DNA from: Clostridia bacterium
GTDB taxonomy: Bacteria; Bacillota; Clostridia; TANB77; CAG-508
Direction of reading: 5' to 3'
DNA length: 32,000 bases
NCBI GenBank assembly: GCA_017409455.1
Contig: JAFQSS010000018.1
Span: forward strand, 78,043 to 110,042
This document shows positions 1 to 8,821 of the stretch, piece after piece. Numbering within the stretch: the stretch's first letter is position 1; each line of letters starts with the position of its first letter. The notes below the pieces were generated by a model. It did no database searches. It was not told where the DNA came from and was given only the letters and a program-made list of their open reading frames with translations. A program made the translations under genes and the position numbers.

Positions 1-480
1 TAAGTTCATTCCACCTATTACTATTATGAATAAAATTAACACTGGAACAATGTATTCACTTACTCTAAGCACACCTTTTACACTGGTAAAAAATACAATC
101 GCTGTCATAACAGCAAGCAAAGCACTTCCTAGAATTCGATTTATTCCAATTTCTTGTTCAAAATATGCCCCAAATCCTGCTATCATTATATAAAAAGTTA
201 CTAATAGCAATATATTTAAAACTATATTTACTGCTTTAGTAACTTTCTCGTTTTTTATAAATATCTTTAAAAATTCATCATAATTGTTTATTTTATTTTG
301 ATATATTATTTTTAAACTTTTATATATTGTAATAGCTATCAATGAACATGTTATTATTATCCCCATTAACCCTATTACTCCATATGAATAAAAAAATGAA
401 TATATTTCTTGGCCTGATGCAAACCCAGCACCAATTAACGCTCCTATTATAACTAATACAATTGAAAATATTTCTCTCAT
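1..480 (-). CDS. YkvI-family polytopic membrane protein (N-terminal part; gene runs off the window start)
   Basis: Not in the ORF track because it is truncated by the window edge. Manual reverse translation from ATG at 480-478 gives MREIFSIVLVIIGALIGAGFASGQEIYSFFYSYGVIGLMGI... I checked all 160 codons down to base 1 and found no in-frame stop. GAGFASGQEI signature plus hydrophobic helices. AGAGGTG RBS just upstream. Confidence 0.6.
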   Translation of the reverse strand, partial: MREIFSIVLVIIGALIGAGFASGQEIYSFFYSYGVIGLMGIIITCSLIAITIYKSLKIIYQNKINNYDEFLKIFIKNEKVTKAVNIVLNILLLVTFYIMIAGFGAYFEQEIGINRILGSALLAVMTAIVFFTSVKGVLRVSEYIVPVLILFIIVIGGMNL

Positions 481-533
481 ATACACCTCTTGTATTAGTA
501 TATTAATATTATTTCGAATTATACCATCAATCT

Positions 534-573
534 GGGGCCATGCTCAATCTGCTAGCAAATTGAACATGGCCCC
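534..573. other. 15-bp-stem hairpin (GGGGCCATGCTCAAT / ATTGAACATGGCCCC, one mismatch, 10-nt loop) 13 nt downstream of the GldG-like stop
   Basis: Inverted repeat read directly from the sequence. GC-rich in an AT-rich context. No good T-tract on the minus strand, so it is not a canonical terminator. It overlaps a candidate promoter (TTGAGC-18-TGgTATAAT, 518-547, minus strand) for the YkvI-like gene. Confidence 0.4.
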
Positions 574-585
574 ATGTCGCTGTTT

Positions 586-2067
586 TTATATACTTCTTCT
601 TCTAACTGCCCAAACAACTACACCTGCACCAATTATTAAAACTGGTACAACAAATATTATTGTTTTAATCATAACATCTTCTTGATCTGAAACTGTATAA
701 TATTGCACTTCATCTGTTTTTCTTATTGTAATAGTATCTGTTCTCTCAGTTAAATGAGAAATTGAATTTAATATAACATCTTCATTGTTATATAATTGTA
801 TTGCATAAATATAATATTGTCCACCTATTAGAACTTGCATATTTGATGCCATAAGTTCACTTGAAAATATTATTAATTCTGAAGTTGTTTCATCAGATAT
901 TTTTTTATCTACTCTAGCAGCAACTATGCTAGAACCTTCTTCTGAATCTTTATCTGTTCTTGATGTTGTATTTGTTTCAAAATTTGTTCTTACAAAAGCT
1001 TTCTCACTTGTTGTAGCTATTGTTTCATATGTTACACCAAGTTCCTCTAATTTTGTTTTATCTGCAAATTCTATTTTTCCTGCATCAACAAGACACATTT
1101 GTAATGACATATCAATATCACTCATATAACTTGCTACTGCATCTGTAATTATTAATTCAGGAGATCCTGATAACATTTTACTTGTATCTTGTTCAAATAT
1201 TGCACCATATCCTAATGATATTCCGTATTGTGCTAATACTTGGTCCAAGTTTGGTGTATCTACTTCTAATATATTTTGAGATGAAAGCATTAAAATTTTT
1301 CCACCTTTATTGATGTATTCTAATATTTTATCTCTTTCTAATTCTGATAAATCTTGTTTTAAAGTTGTAATAACTAAACAGTCACAATCTTCTGGTACAT
1401 TTCCTTTTGATAATATATCTAATTGGTCAAGCTCATTTGCTTCACTTTCTAATTGATATAATACAGCTGATAATATTTGTTCAGGAGCATAATATGTTTT
1501 GCCTGTAAGTACATATATGTGTGGTTTTTCCTCTATAGTTACTTCCATAATAGCATTTGTCACTGCTTCTTCTACTGTATCAATTGTTTCATATGTTGAA
1601 TAATCATATGTGTATAAATCATCTACTGTTAATACTTTTTCTGTTTCACCATTTTTTACAACTACTAGCATATCTGTACCAGTTATTTCATATTTTGTTT
1701 GTAAATCAACTCTTGTTGTTATATCTTCAATTTTTTCAATTGTTATTTTATCAGTTGCATTTTCATATTTTTGAATATAGTCAGTTGCTTGTGTATATTC
1801 TTTCATATTTATTAATTGAATTGTTATTTCATCTTCTAATGATTTAAGCTTGCTTTTTGTTGCTTCTGTTAAAGAATATAATTTTTTAGTTGTGAAGTCT
1901 AAGTCATCTATTTCTAGATTTTTTGCAAGCATATTGATTCCTACATAACCCGCTATTACTAGAGCAACCAATACAACTGTTGTTGTACCTTTTAATAGCC
2001 ATTTATTTGTAATAAGCTCGAAAAGCTTTTTCATTCCATTTTTTATCTTTCCAAAAAACTTTTTCAC
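586..2067 (-). CDS. GldG-like ABC-transporter auxiliary component (N- and C-terminal TM anchors, large extracytoplasmic domain)
   Basis: 493-aa ORF. TM helix near the N terminus (TTVVLVALVIAGYVGINMLA) and at the C terminus (IIFVVPVLIIGAGVVVWAVRRR). Sits third in an operon behind an ABC ATPase and an ABC-2 permease, the classic GldA/F/G-type arrangement. Confidence 0.7.
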   Translation of the reverse strand: MKKFFGKIKNGMKKLFELITNKWLLKGTTTVVLVALVIAGYVGINMLAKNLEIDDLDFTTKKLYSLTEATKSKLKSLEDEITIQLINMKEYTQATDYIQKYENATDKITIEKIEDITTRVDLQTKYEITGTDMLVVVKNGETEKVLTVDDLYTYDYSTYETIDTVEEAVTNAIMEVTIEEKPHIYVLTGKTYYAPEQILSAVLYQLESEANELDQLDILSKGNVPEDCDCLVITTLKQDLSELERDKILEYINKGGKILMLSSQNILEVDTPNLDQVLAQYGISLGYGAIFEQDTSKMLSGSPELIITDAVASYMSDIDMSLQMCLVDAGKIEFADKTKLEELGVTYETIATTSEKAFVRTNFETNTTSRTDKDSEEGSSIVAARVDKKISDETTSELIIFSSELMASNMQVLIGGQYYIYAIQLYNNEDVILNSISHLTERTDTITIRKTDEVQYYTVSDQEDVMIKTIIFVVPVLIIGAGVVVWAVRRRSI

Positions 2068-2083
2068 TCTTTCCCTCTCCTAT

Positions 2084-2767
2084 CTATTTTACCAATTTTC
2101 TTCTTTGCATTACTATAATTGTGAAAGCTATAAACATAGCAGCAAATGCTACAGCGCCTACAACTTCAGCTAATGAAACTAATCCATATGGGAACTTTTG
2201 ATAAAAGTTCATTATTGATATATCTGGAAATTCATCTCCTAAATTAGGTAAGAATATTGACATTAGCATAAATGAAATTGTTATAATTCCAGCTATTACT
2301 TGGTTTTCTGTTATACTTGATGCAAACATTCCTACTGCAATTCCAGCTCCACTTACTAATACAAATCCTAACATATATACTAATACTAAAGTTAAGCTTG
2401 GTGTTCCAAAATAGCACATTATTCCAAAATACATAAATGATGCTAATAATGCTATAACAATTACACCAACAGCTGCTAAAAATTTACCTAATACTACACC
2501 TGTAATACTAACTGGTGATGTTAATATTAATTGTTCTGTTCCATTTTTTCTTTCTTCTGCAAACATTCTCATTGTTAATATTGGTACTGTAATTATTAAT
2601 CCATAAAGTACCCCATAAGAATACAATGAACCTAAATCTACACTACCATAAGCTACTGTAGTTAAATAAAAGAATATTGTAAATACTAACATTAATATTC
2701 CAATTACTACATATCCTATTGGAGATAAGAAGTAACTTTTAAGTTCTTTTTTAAATACTGTCCACAT
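2084..2767 (-). CDS. ABC-2 type transporter permease (GldF-like)
   Basis: 227-aa ORF with about 6 hydrophobic helices. Its start overlaps the upstream ATPase stop by 1 nt (TAATG), which suggests translational coupling. Confidence 0.8.
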   Translation of the reverse strand: MWTVFKKELKSYFLSPIGYVVIGILMLVFTIFFYLTTVAYGSVDLGSLYSYGVLYGLIITVPILTMRMFAEERKNGTEQLILTSPVSITGVVLGKFLAAVGVIVIALLASFMYFGIMCYFGTPSLTLVLVYMLGFVLVSGAGIAVGMFASSITENQVIAGIITISFMLMSIFLPNLGDEFPDISIMNFYQKFPYGLVSLAEVVGAVAFAAMFIAFTIIVMQRRKLVK

Positions 2768-3879
2768 TATTCTTGTCCTCCTTTTTGTTTCTTTTCAGCC
2801 TTTTTTAATTCTTTTTCTTTTTTCTTTTCTTCTTTTAATCTTTGCTTTTCAGCTTTCTTTTCCATTTTTTCTTGTTTCTTTTTCTCTTTTAATTGTTTTT
2901 TGTCTAATACTTCTTCATTTTCAACTTCTTCTTGTTCTATTTCTGCCTCAGAACCAATTAATTGCATAAATGCATCTTCAAGTGTAGCATCTATTTTCTT
3001 CATTTCAAATATAGTTATTCCTTCTTTTGCAAATGTTTCAAAAATATGCTTTCTTAAATCTACATCTTCTTCTGCAGTTATAATATATTTTTTAGTATTA
3101 TCATCATTTTCTTTTACAAGTCTGATTTCTTGTACATTTTCTAATTTATCTTTTATTGAGTTCATTTTGTTTTCAAGATCTTCTACAGTTACATATACAG
3201 AATTGTCTTTAACAACTTTCTTTTCTAGATTTTCTGGAGTATCTACTGCAACAATTTTTCCTTTATTTATTATAATAACTCTATTACAAATTTGACTTAC
3301 TTCTGATAATATGTGAGAACTTAAAATTACAGTATGGTCTTTTTCTAATTCTTTAATTAAAGCTCTTATTTCTGTTACTTGTTTTGGATCCAAACCAACT
3401 GTTGGCTCATCAAGTATTATTACTTTTGGATTACTTACTAGCGCTCCTGCCAAACTTACTCTTTGTTTATAACCTCTTGAAAGATTTCTTGTTAATTGAT
3501 TTTGTACTTCTACTAATCCAGTATCTTCAAGTGCTTTTTGAACCATTGCTTTTCTTTCTTTTCTTTTTACACCTTTTAATTCTGCCATATATGTTACAAA
3601 CTCTTTTGCAGTCAAGTCTGCATATAATGGCACTCCCTCTGGCATATATCCGATTTGTCTTTTGGCTTTTTTAGGTTTTTTAGATATATCATACCCATCT
3701 ACAAGAATTCTTCCTGATGTTGATTCAATAAATCCTGTAATCATATTCATTGTTGTACTTTTACCTGCACCATTTGGGCCTAAAAATCCTACAACTTCTC
3801 CTTCTTCAATCTCGAAATTGATTTTGTCTACGGCTGTAAAGGTTCCGTATCTTTTTGTAATATCTTCTACTTGAATCAC
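2767..3879 (-). CDS. ABC transporter ATP-binding protein with a ~65-aa Lys/Glu-rich C-terminal tail
   Basis: Walker A GPNGAGKST, signature LSRGYKQR, Walker B IILDEPT, H-loop SSHIL. GTG start 7 nt after GAGGAGG. The tail reads EQEEVENEEVLDKKQLKEKKKQEKMEKKAEKQRLKEEKKKEKELKKAEKKQKGGQE. Confidence 0.9.
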   Translation of the reverse strand: MIQVEDITKRYGTFTAVDKINFEIEEGEVVGFLGPNGAGKSTTMNMITGFIESTSGRILVDGYDISKKPKKAKRQIGYMPEGVPLYADLTAKEFVTYMAELKGVKRKERKAMVQKALEDTGLVEVQNQLTRNLSRGYKQRVSLAGALVSNPKVIILDEPTVGLDPKQVTEIRALIKELEKDHTVILSSHILSEVSQICNRVIIINKGKIVAVDTPENLEKKVVKDNSVYVTVEDLENKMNSIKDKLENVQEIRLVKENDDNTKKYIITAEEDVDLRKHIFETFAKEGITIFEMKKIDATLEDAFMQLIGSEAEIEQEEVENEEVLDKKQLKEKKKQEKMEKKAEKQRLKEEKKKEKELKKAEKKQKGGQE

Positions 3880-3912
3880 GATTTTTCCTCCTCTTTATTT
3901 GTATCTGTGCAC

Positions 3913-3941
3913 ATATTACCATTTTCTTTTACTTTTGTAAA
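3913..3941 (-). promoter_or_regulatory. Candidate sigma-A promoter of the ABC operon (TTTACA-17-TGgTAATAT)
   Basis: On the minus strand, -35 TTTACA lies at 3941-3936 and -10 TAATAT at 3918-3913. The spacer is 17 nt and contains an extended TG. Confidence 0.4.
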
Positions 3942-4041
3942 GATTTTTCACTTAATTTTCACAAATTTCTTTAGGGAAATAACGGTTTGATAGTTATTTT
4001 TTCGCACTTTCTTCATAATATTTACAAAGTGGAGGTTGTAT

Positions 4042-4668
4042 ATGCAGTATTTATATCCTTTTATAATTGCTTTTATGTTCATTTTCTTTTCTGAATTAGG
4101 TGATAAAACACAAATTTTGGTTTTATCTTTTTCTGCTAGAAATAGAGCTTCAAACATATTGTTAGGTGTTGCATTAGGTACACTTCTTAGCCATGGATTA
4201 GCAATTGCTTTTGGTAGTCATATCGGGATGATTGGAAATAATAATTTTATATGTTATTTGAAAATTTTTACATATTTTACATTCTTGTTTTTTGGAATTA
4301 CAGGCTTTATAAAGCGCAAAAAACTCGCTTCTGTTGAAGAAAATACAGAAACGAATTCCAATTCACACATTATAAAATTTTTAGGTTCATTGACTAAAAA
4401 TTGTGTTTTTATTGTTGCTTCAAGTATTGCAATAGGGGAACTTGGAGATAAAACCTTTTTAGCTTCAATTGGCCTTGGCTTACAATATCCTTTGTTTAAA
4501 ATTCCTCTTATCTGTGGTTCAATTTGTGGTATGGTTGCAAGTAATTCTATTGCTATATTTTTTGGAAAATGGTTAGGAACAAAAATTTCTGCTTCCACTA
4601 TAGAAATTTTGTCTAATGCTATTTTTATTTTCTTTGGGCTAATTGGAATTTTAGGCTTATTTTTATAA
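4042..4668 (+). CDS. GDT1/TMEM165 (UPF0016) family cation (Ca2+/Mn2+) transporter
   Basis: Two copies of the family signature E-x-G-D-(K/R)-T (SELGDKTQ and GELGDKTF), each in a 3-TM half. ATG at 4042 lies 6 nt after GGAGG (4031-4035), so I prefer it to the track's TTG at 4036. Confidence 0.8.
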   Translation: MQYLYPFIIAFMFIFFSELGDKTQILVLSFSARNRASNILLGVALGTLLSHGLAIAFGSHIGMIGNNNFICYLKIFTYFTFLFFGITGFIKRKKLASVEENTETNSNSHIIKFLGSLTKNCVFIVASSIAIGELGDKTFLASIGLGLQYPLFKIPLICGSICGMVASNSIAIFFGKWLGTKISASTIEILSNAIFIFFGLIGILGLFL

Positions 4669-4672
4669 ACGC

Positions 4673-4695
4673 AAAAAGGGACCTGGTCCCTTTTT
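4673..4695. terminator. Bidirectional intrinsic terminator AAAAAGGGACCTGGTCCCTTTTT (copy 1 of 3)
   Basis: Perfect palindrome with flanking A5/T5 runs, between the convergent GDT1-like (+) and ABC-F (-) genes. Confidence 0.7.
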
Positions 4696-4697
4696 CA

Positions 4698-6278
4698 CTA
4701 TTCTACTCCAAGATACTCATTATAAGTAACTTCTCTGTCAATAACTTTATCAAATTTAATATCAATAATTCTATTTGCAACAGTTTGTGTAAGCTGATGG
4801 TCATGAGAAGTAAACAAAATATTACCTTTAAATTTGCTCATTCCATCATTTACAGATGTAATACTTTCCATATCTAAATGGTTTGTTGGTTCATCAAAGA
4901 TTAGGAAATTTGCTCCTGAAAGCATCATTTTTGCTAATACACATCTAACTTTTTCTCCCCCTGAAATTACTCTTGCACCTTTTAATGATTCATCTCCAGA
5001 GAATAACATTCTTCCTAAAAATCCTCTAACATAGGTTTCATCTGGATCTTTAGAATATTTTCTTAACCATTCTGTTAGATTTTCGTCTGTATCAAATAAA
5101 TAGTTATTATCCTTAGGGAAATATGATTGTGTTATTGTTGTTCCCCATATTAATTCACCTTCATCTGGTTCAATTTCTCCAGCAATGATTTGGAATAATA
5201 CGGTTTTTGCATTTTCATTATCAGCCAAAAATGCTATCTTATCCCCAGTTTTAACTGTAAATGATACATTATCTAGGATTTTTTCTCCATTTATTGTTTT
5301 AGATATATTTTTAACTTGTAAAATTTCTTTTCCTGGCTCTCTATCTGGTTTGAAATCTACATATGGATATTTTCTATTTGATGGTTTAATTTCATCTAAT
5401 TCAATTTTTTCTAATGTTTTCTTCCTTGATGTAGCTTGTTTTGATTTTGAAGCATTAGCACTAAATCTCGCAATAAATTCTTGCAATTCTTTAATTTTTT
5501 CTTCTTTCTTTTTGTTTTGTTCTTTCATTTGTTTTAATGCTAATTGGCTTGATTCATACCAGAAATCATAGTTTCCTGGATATACTTTTATTTTTCCAAA
5601 ATCAACATCTGCTATATGTGTACATACTTTATTTAAGAAATATCTATCATGTGATACTACAATTACAGTATTTTCAAAGTTTATAAGGAATTCTTGTAAC
5701 CAGTTAATACTTTTTAAGTCTAAGTCGTTTGTAGGCTCATCCAATAGCAATACATCTGGATTTCCAAATAAAGCTTGTGCTAATAATACTTTTACTTTTT
5801 CTTTAGCTTCAAGTTCACTCATTAATTTGTAATGATTATCTGGAATTATTCCTAAATCATTTAAAAGTATCCCTGCATCTGACTCTGCATTCCAACCATC
5901 TAATTCTGCAAATCTTTCTTCAAGTTTTGCAGCTTTCATTCCATCTTCTTCTGAAAAATCTGGTTTCATATATATTGCATCTTTTTCTTTCATGATGTCA
6001 TATAATTCTTTATTTCCCATCATTACTGTATCTATTACTGTATATTCTTCAAATGCAAAGTGATCTTGTTTTAATACAGAAAGTCTTTCTCCTTTTTCTA
6101 AAGATACATCTCCTTTGCTTGGTTCGATTTCTCCTGATAATACTTTTAAAAATGTTGATTTTCCTGCTCCATTTGCTCCTATAATTCCATAACAGTTACC
6201 TTTTCCAAATTTGATATTTACTTCTTCAAATAATACTCTTTTTCCAAATCTAACTGTTACTCCATTTGCGGTTAGCAT
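4698..6278 (-). CDS. ABC-F family ATPase, YbiT-like (two ABC cassettes, no TM domain)
   Basis: 526 aa with two Walker A motifs (GANGAGKST; a degenerate second site), LSGGEK signature and LLLDEPTN/LIFDEPTN Walker B motifs. The N terminus MLTANGVTVRFGKRVLFEEVNIKFGKGNCYGIIGANGAGKSTF closely resembles E. coli YbiT as I remember it. Candidate promoter TTGTTT-17-TGgTATAGT at 6317-6345 (minus strand). Confidence 0.9.
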   Translation of the reverse strand: MLTANGVTVRFGKRVLFEEVNIKFGKGNCYGIIGANGAGKSTFLKVLSGEIEPSKGDVSLEKGERLSVLKQDHFAFEEYTVIDTVMMGNKELYDIMKEKDAIYMKPDFSEEDGMKAAKLEERFAELDGWNAESDAGILLNDLGIIPDNHYKLMSELEAKEKVKVLLAQALFGNPDVLLLDEPTNDLDLKSINWLQEFLINFENTVIVVSHDRYFLNKVCTHIADVDFGKIKVYPGNYDFWYESSQLALKQMKEQNKKKEEKIKELQEFIARFSANASKSKQATSRKKTLEKIELDEIKPSNRKYPYVDFKPDREPGKEILQVKNISKTINGEKILDNVSFTVKTGDKIAFLADNENAKTVLFQIIAGEIEPDEGELIWGTTITQSYFPKDNNYLFDTDENLTEWLRKYSKDPDETYVRGFLGRMLFSGDESLKGARVISGGEKVRCVLAKMMLSGANFLIFDEPTNHLDMESITSVNDGMSKFKGNILFTSHDHQLTQTVANRIIDIKFDKVIDREVTYNEYLGVE

Positions 6279-6360
6279 ATTTAAATCATTCCTTTCTTCT
6301 CTTTTCTCGCCTATATACTATACCACATTTTTACAATTTAAACAAGCCCTTTCAAGGAAA

Positions 6361-6433
6361 TTTACCACGGGGACGGAGATGGTGGTAAAAACTGTTTGCG
6401 CAAATTTACCATTATCTCCGTCCCCATGGTAAA
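6361..6433. repeat. Nested palindromes: two 29-nt arms that are inverted copies of each other, each with self-complementary ends, around a TTTGCGCAAA palindrome
   Basis: Arm 1 (6361-6389) is TTTACCACGGGGACGGAGATGGTGGTAAA. Arm 2 (6405-6433) is TTTACCATTATCTCCGTCCCCATGGTAAA, the reverse complement of arm 1 with 3 transition mismatches. The central palindrome lies at 6395-6404. Confidence 0.7.
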
Positions 6434-6488
6434 ACTGTTGCATTTTTTGTCGTTTTATGGTATTTTAAATGCAAATAGAGGTGATATC

Positions 6489-7691
6489 ATGAAAAAAATA
6501 TTTATTATTTTAATTTCAATTATTATATTAACTTTAGTATTTTTATTTGCAATAGAACATTCTCCAACGGAAGAACTTCCTGCAAATGGCGAAATAATGC
6601 AAGAGGAGCCAGAAAAAGAGGAACCGACTATAGTAGTAGAAGACCAACATTTTACAATGAGTGTTATAGGAGACATTATGTGCCATAATTCTCAATATAA
6701 AGATGCTTATGTTTCTTCAAATGATACTTATGATTTTTCTTATGTTTTTGAAGATATAAGAAATTATATTAGTGAAGCTGATATCTCTGTAGGAAATCTT
6801 GAAACTACTTTTGCTGGAAAAGCTAAAGGTTATAGCAATTATCCTAGATTTAATACTCCTGAACAATTAGCATATGATTTGAAAGATTTGGGAATTGATG
6901 TTCTTTCAACAGCTAATAATCATAGTATGGATACAAATTTTGAAGGTGTTATTAGTACTCTAAATTATTTAGATGATGCTGGAATTTCACATACTGGAAC
7001 AAATGCAACTGCAGAGGCTCAAAATGAAATTTTAGTTAAAGAGGTAAATGGTGTTAAAATTGCATTTTTAGCATTTACGTATGGTACTAATGGCATTCCT
7101 ATTCCGAGCAGTAAACCTTTTGCAGTTAATTTAATTGATGATAATTTTATATTACAACAACTTTCACTTGCAAAAGAAGAAGAGCCAGATTTGATTTGCG
7201 TAAATATGCATTGGGGTTATGAATTTCACACAAAACAAAGTACTGAACAAGAACGATTAGCTGATTTGCTTTTTAAAAATGGTGTTGATGTTATTTTTGG
7301 TAGTCATCCGCATGTACTACAACCAATGGAGAAAAAAACTGTCACCCTTGAAGATGGAACAACTAAAGATTGCTTTGTTATATATTCTTTAGGAAATTTT
7401 ATGTCTGGTCAAACTAAAGCTAATGCCAAAAATTCTATTATTTTAAATATAAGTTTTACAAAAAGCGGAGAAACTGGGAAAACTAACATAGATTCAGTTT
7501 CTTATGTACCAATTTATATGTATAAATCTCCTTCTGGCAATACAAAAAGATATAAAGTTCTTGATATCGAAAAAACTATAGAAAATTATGATAATGGCAC
7601 AAATACTTCTATTGGAAGTGCTACTTATTCTACTTTACAGGCAGAACTTTCTAAAATAAAAAATATAATGGGCGAAAATATACAATTCTAA
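6489..7691 (+). CDS. CapA-family (poly-gamma-glutamate capsule synthesis-like) metallophosphatase-fold protein, membrane anchored
   Basis: MKKIFIILISIIILTLVFLF signal/anchor, then MSVIGDIMCH, GNLE and ANNHSMD motifs typical of the PGA_cap/CapA domain. ATG at 6489 follows AGAGGTG; the track's 6396 start would add a non-hydrophobic extension that crosses the palindromic element. Confidence 0.8.
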   Translation: MKKIFIILISIIILTLVFLFAIEHSPTEELPANGEIMQEEPEKEEPTIVVEDQHFTMSVIGDIMCHNSQYKDAYVSSNDTYDFSYVFEDIRNYISEADISVGNLETTFAGKAKGYSNYPRFNTPEQLAYDLKDLGIDVLSTANNHSMDTNFEGVISTLNYLDDAGISHTGTNATAEAQNEILVKEVNGVKIAFLAFTYGTNGIPIPSSKPFAVNLIDDNFILQQLSLAKEEEPDLICVNMHWGYEFHTKQSTEQERLADLLFKNGVDVIFGSHPHVLQPMEKKTVTLEDGTTKDCFVIYSLGNFMSGQTKANAKNSIILNISFTKSGETGKTNIDSVSYVPIYMYKSPSGNTKRYKVLDIEKTIENYDNGTNTSIGSATYSTLQAELSKIKNIMGENIQF

Positions 7692-7701
7692 GTGAAAAGT
7701 C

Positions 7702-7724
7702 AAAAAGGGACCTGGTCCCTTTTT
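7702..7724. terminator. Bidirectional intrinsic terminator AAAAAGGGACCTGGTCCCTTTTT (copy 2 of 3)
   Basis: Identical 23-mer to 4673-4695, between the convergent capA-like (+) and fic (-) genes. Confidence 0.7.
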
Positions 7725-7759
7725 GCACAAAAAAAGACTTATTTCTAAGCCTTTCTAAG

Positions 7760-8821
7760 TTATTTATTATTATAAATATATTTAGTATATCTTCCACCTG
7801 TAACTTTTAAAATTTTGTTTTCTTTTAATAGTTCATTTAAAACTCTTTCTATACTTCCAACACTCACATCAGGACACATATTTATAATTTCTTTTTTAGA
7901 TATTTTACCTAGATGATTTCTAATTATAGTTTCAGTTCTTTCTTTTATAGTCATTTTTTTGTTTGATATATATTCAACTCTATTTGAAAAATCTTTATAT
8001 GCAGATAATATAATACCTAAATAATATTCAACAAAGAATTCATAGTTATTTTTATTATCCTGCCATTTTATTGAACTTTCTTGTAATGTGTCATAATAAG
8101 ATTCTTTTGTATTCTCTACTATTTTCTCAATACTTATATATTTACCAACAATATATCCACTTTTATATAATAATAGTAAAGTCAATAATCTGCTCATTCT
8201 TCCATTACCATCATTGAACGGATGTATAGACAAAAAATCTAAAATAAATATAGGTATTAGGAATAGTGGGTCAATTTCATTTGTACGAATTTCACTATTA
8301 TAAGATGAGCAAAGTTCTTCCATTGCTTGTGGTGTTTCAAAAGCTGATAATGGTTTAAATCTGACTTTCTTATTTCCATTTTCATCTGTTTCTTCTATTA
8401 TGTTTTCGGAATCTTTAAATTTACCACCAATACTTTTAGAACTGTATTTATATAAATATTTGTGCATTTGAAGTATTACATTTGGAGTTATATCCATATT
8501 TTCATAATTCTCATGAATTAATTCTAGTACATCTCTATAGCCTGCAATTTCTTCTTCATTTCTGTTTTTTGGTTTTGCTTTCTCATTTATTAATGCTTGT
8601 ATTCTTTCATCAGTTGTTTTGATGCCTTCAATCTTGTTAGAACTTTCTGTACTTTGGATTTTTGCAATATTTAATAAGCTAGTTAAAACATCATGATTTG
8701 CCTCAATATATAAAGTTTGTTTCCCTTTATATTCATGGATCGCAGATACTAGATTTATTATATTATTAGTTAAAACTGTTTCAGCTTGATTTTTTAAATT
8801 AAAGCTTCTCAATTGCCACAT
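7760..8821 (-). CDS. Class II Fic-domain protein (putative AMPylase) with N-terminal inhibitory helix and C-terminal winged-helix-like domain
   Basis: Canonical Fic motif HPFNDGNGRMSR. An upstream (S/T)xxxE(G/N) inhibitory motif SNKIEG lies in the same polypeptide. The C-terminal ~70 aa (ISKKEIINMCPDVSVGSIERVLNELLKENKILKV) look like a wHTH. The start is ambiguous: GTG 8839 (track) probably lies at or upstream of the predicted TSS, ATG 8821 abuts the GGAG, and TTG 8812 has ideal 9-nt spacing. Confidence 0.85.
   Translation of the reverse strand: MWQLRSFNLKNQAETVLTNNIINLVSAIHEYKGKQTLYIEANHDVLTSLLNIAKIQSTESSNKIEGIKTTDERIQALINEKAKPKNRNEEEIAGYRDVLELIHENYENMDITPNVILQMHKYLYKYSSKSIGGKFKDSENIIEETDENGNKKVRFKPLSAFETPQAMEELCSSYNSEIRTNEIDPLFLIPIFILDFLSIHPFNDGNGRMSRLLTLLLLYKSGYIVGKYISIEKIVENTKESYYDTLQESSIKWQDNKNNYEFFVEYYLGIILSAYKDFSNRVEYISNKKMTIKERTETIIRNHLGKISKKEIINMCPDVSVGSIERVLNELLKENKILKVTGGRYTKYIYNNK

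Noticed and set aside
3880-4041. Possible yybP-ykoY (Mn2+) riboswitch upstream of the GDT1/UPF0016 transporter, a family sometimes controlled by it.
   Set aside because: I could not find the conserved GGGGAGUAG and UUGACA/GAGAC-type blocks or a four-helix arrangement. The region looks like ordinary divergent promoter DNA. A covariance-model (Rfam RF00080) scan would settle it.
4698-6278. ABC-F protein as an antibiotic-resistance (ARE) factor with a leader attenuator.
   Set aside because: The sequence resembles the housekeeping YbiT subfamily. There is no leader peptide or terminator/antiterminator between the promoter and the start, and the palindrome at 6361-6433 lies upstream of the predicted -35.
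6396-6488. N-terminal extension of the CapA-like ORF in the track.
   Set aside because: It has no RBS and reads through the palindromic element. ATG 6489 has AGAGGTG upstream and begins a proper signal/anchor sequence.
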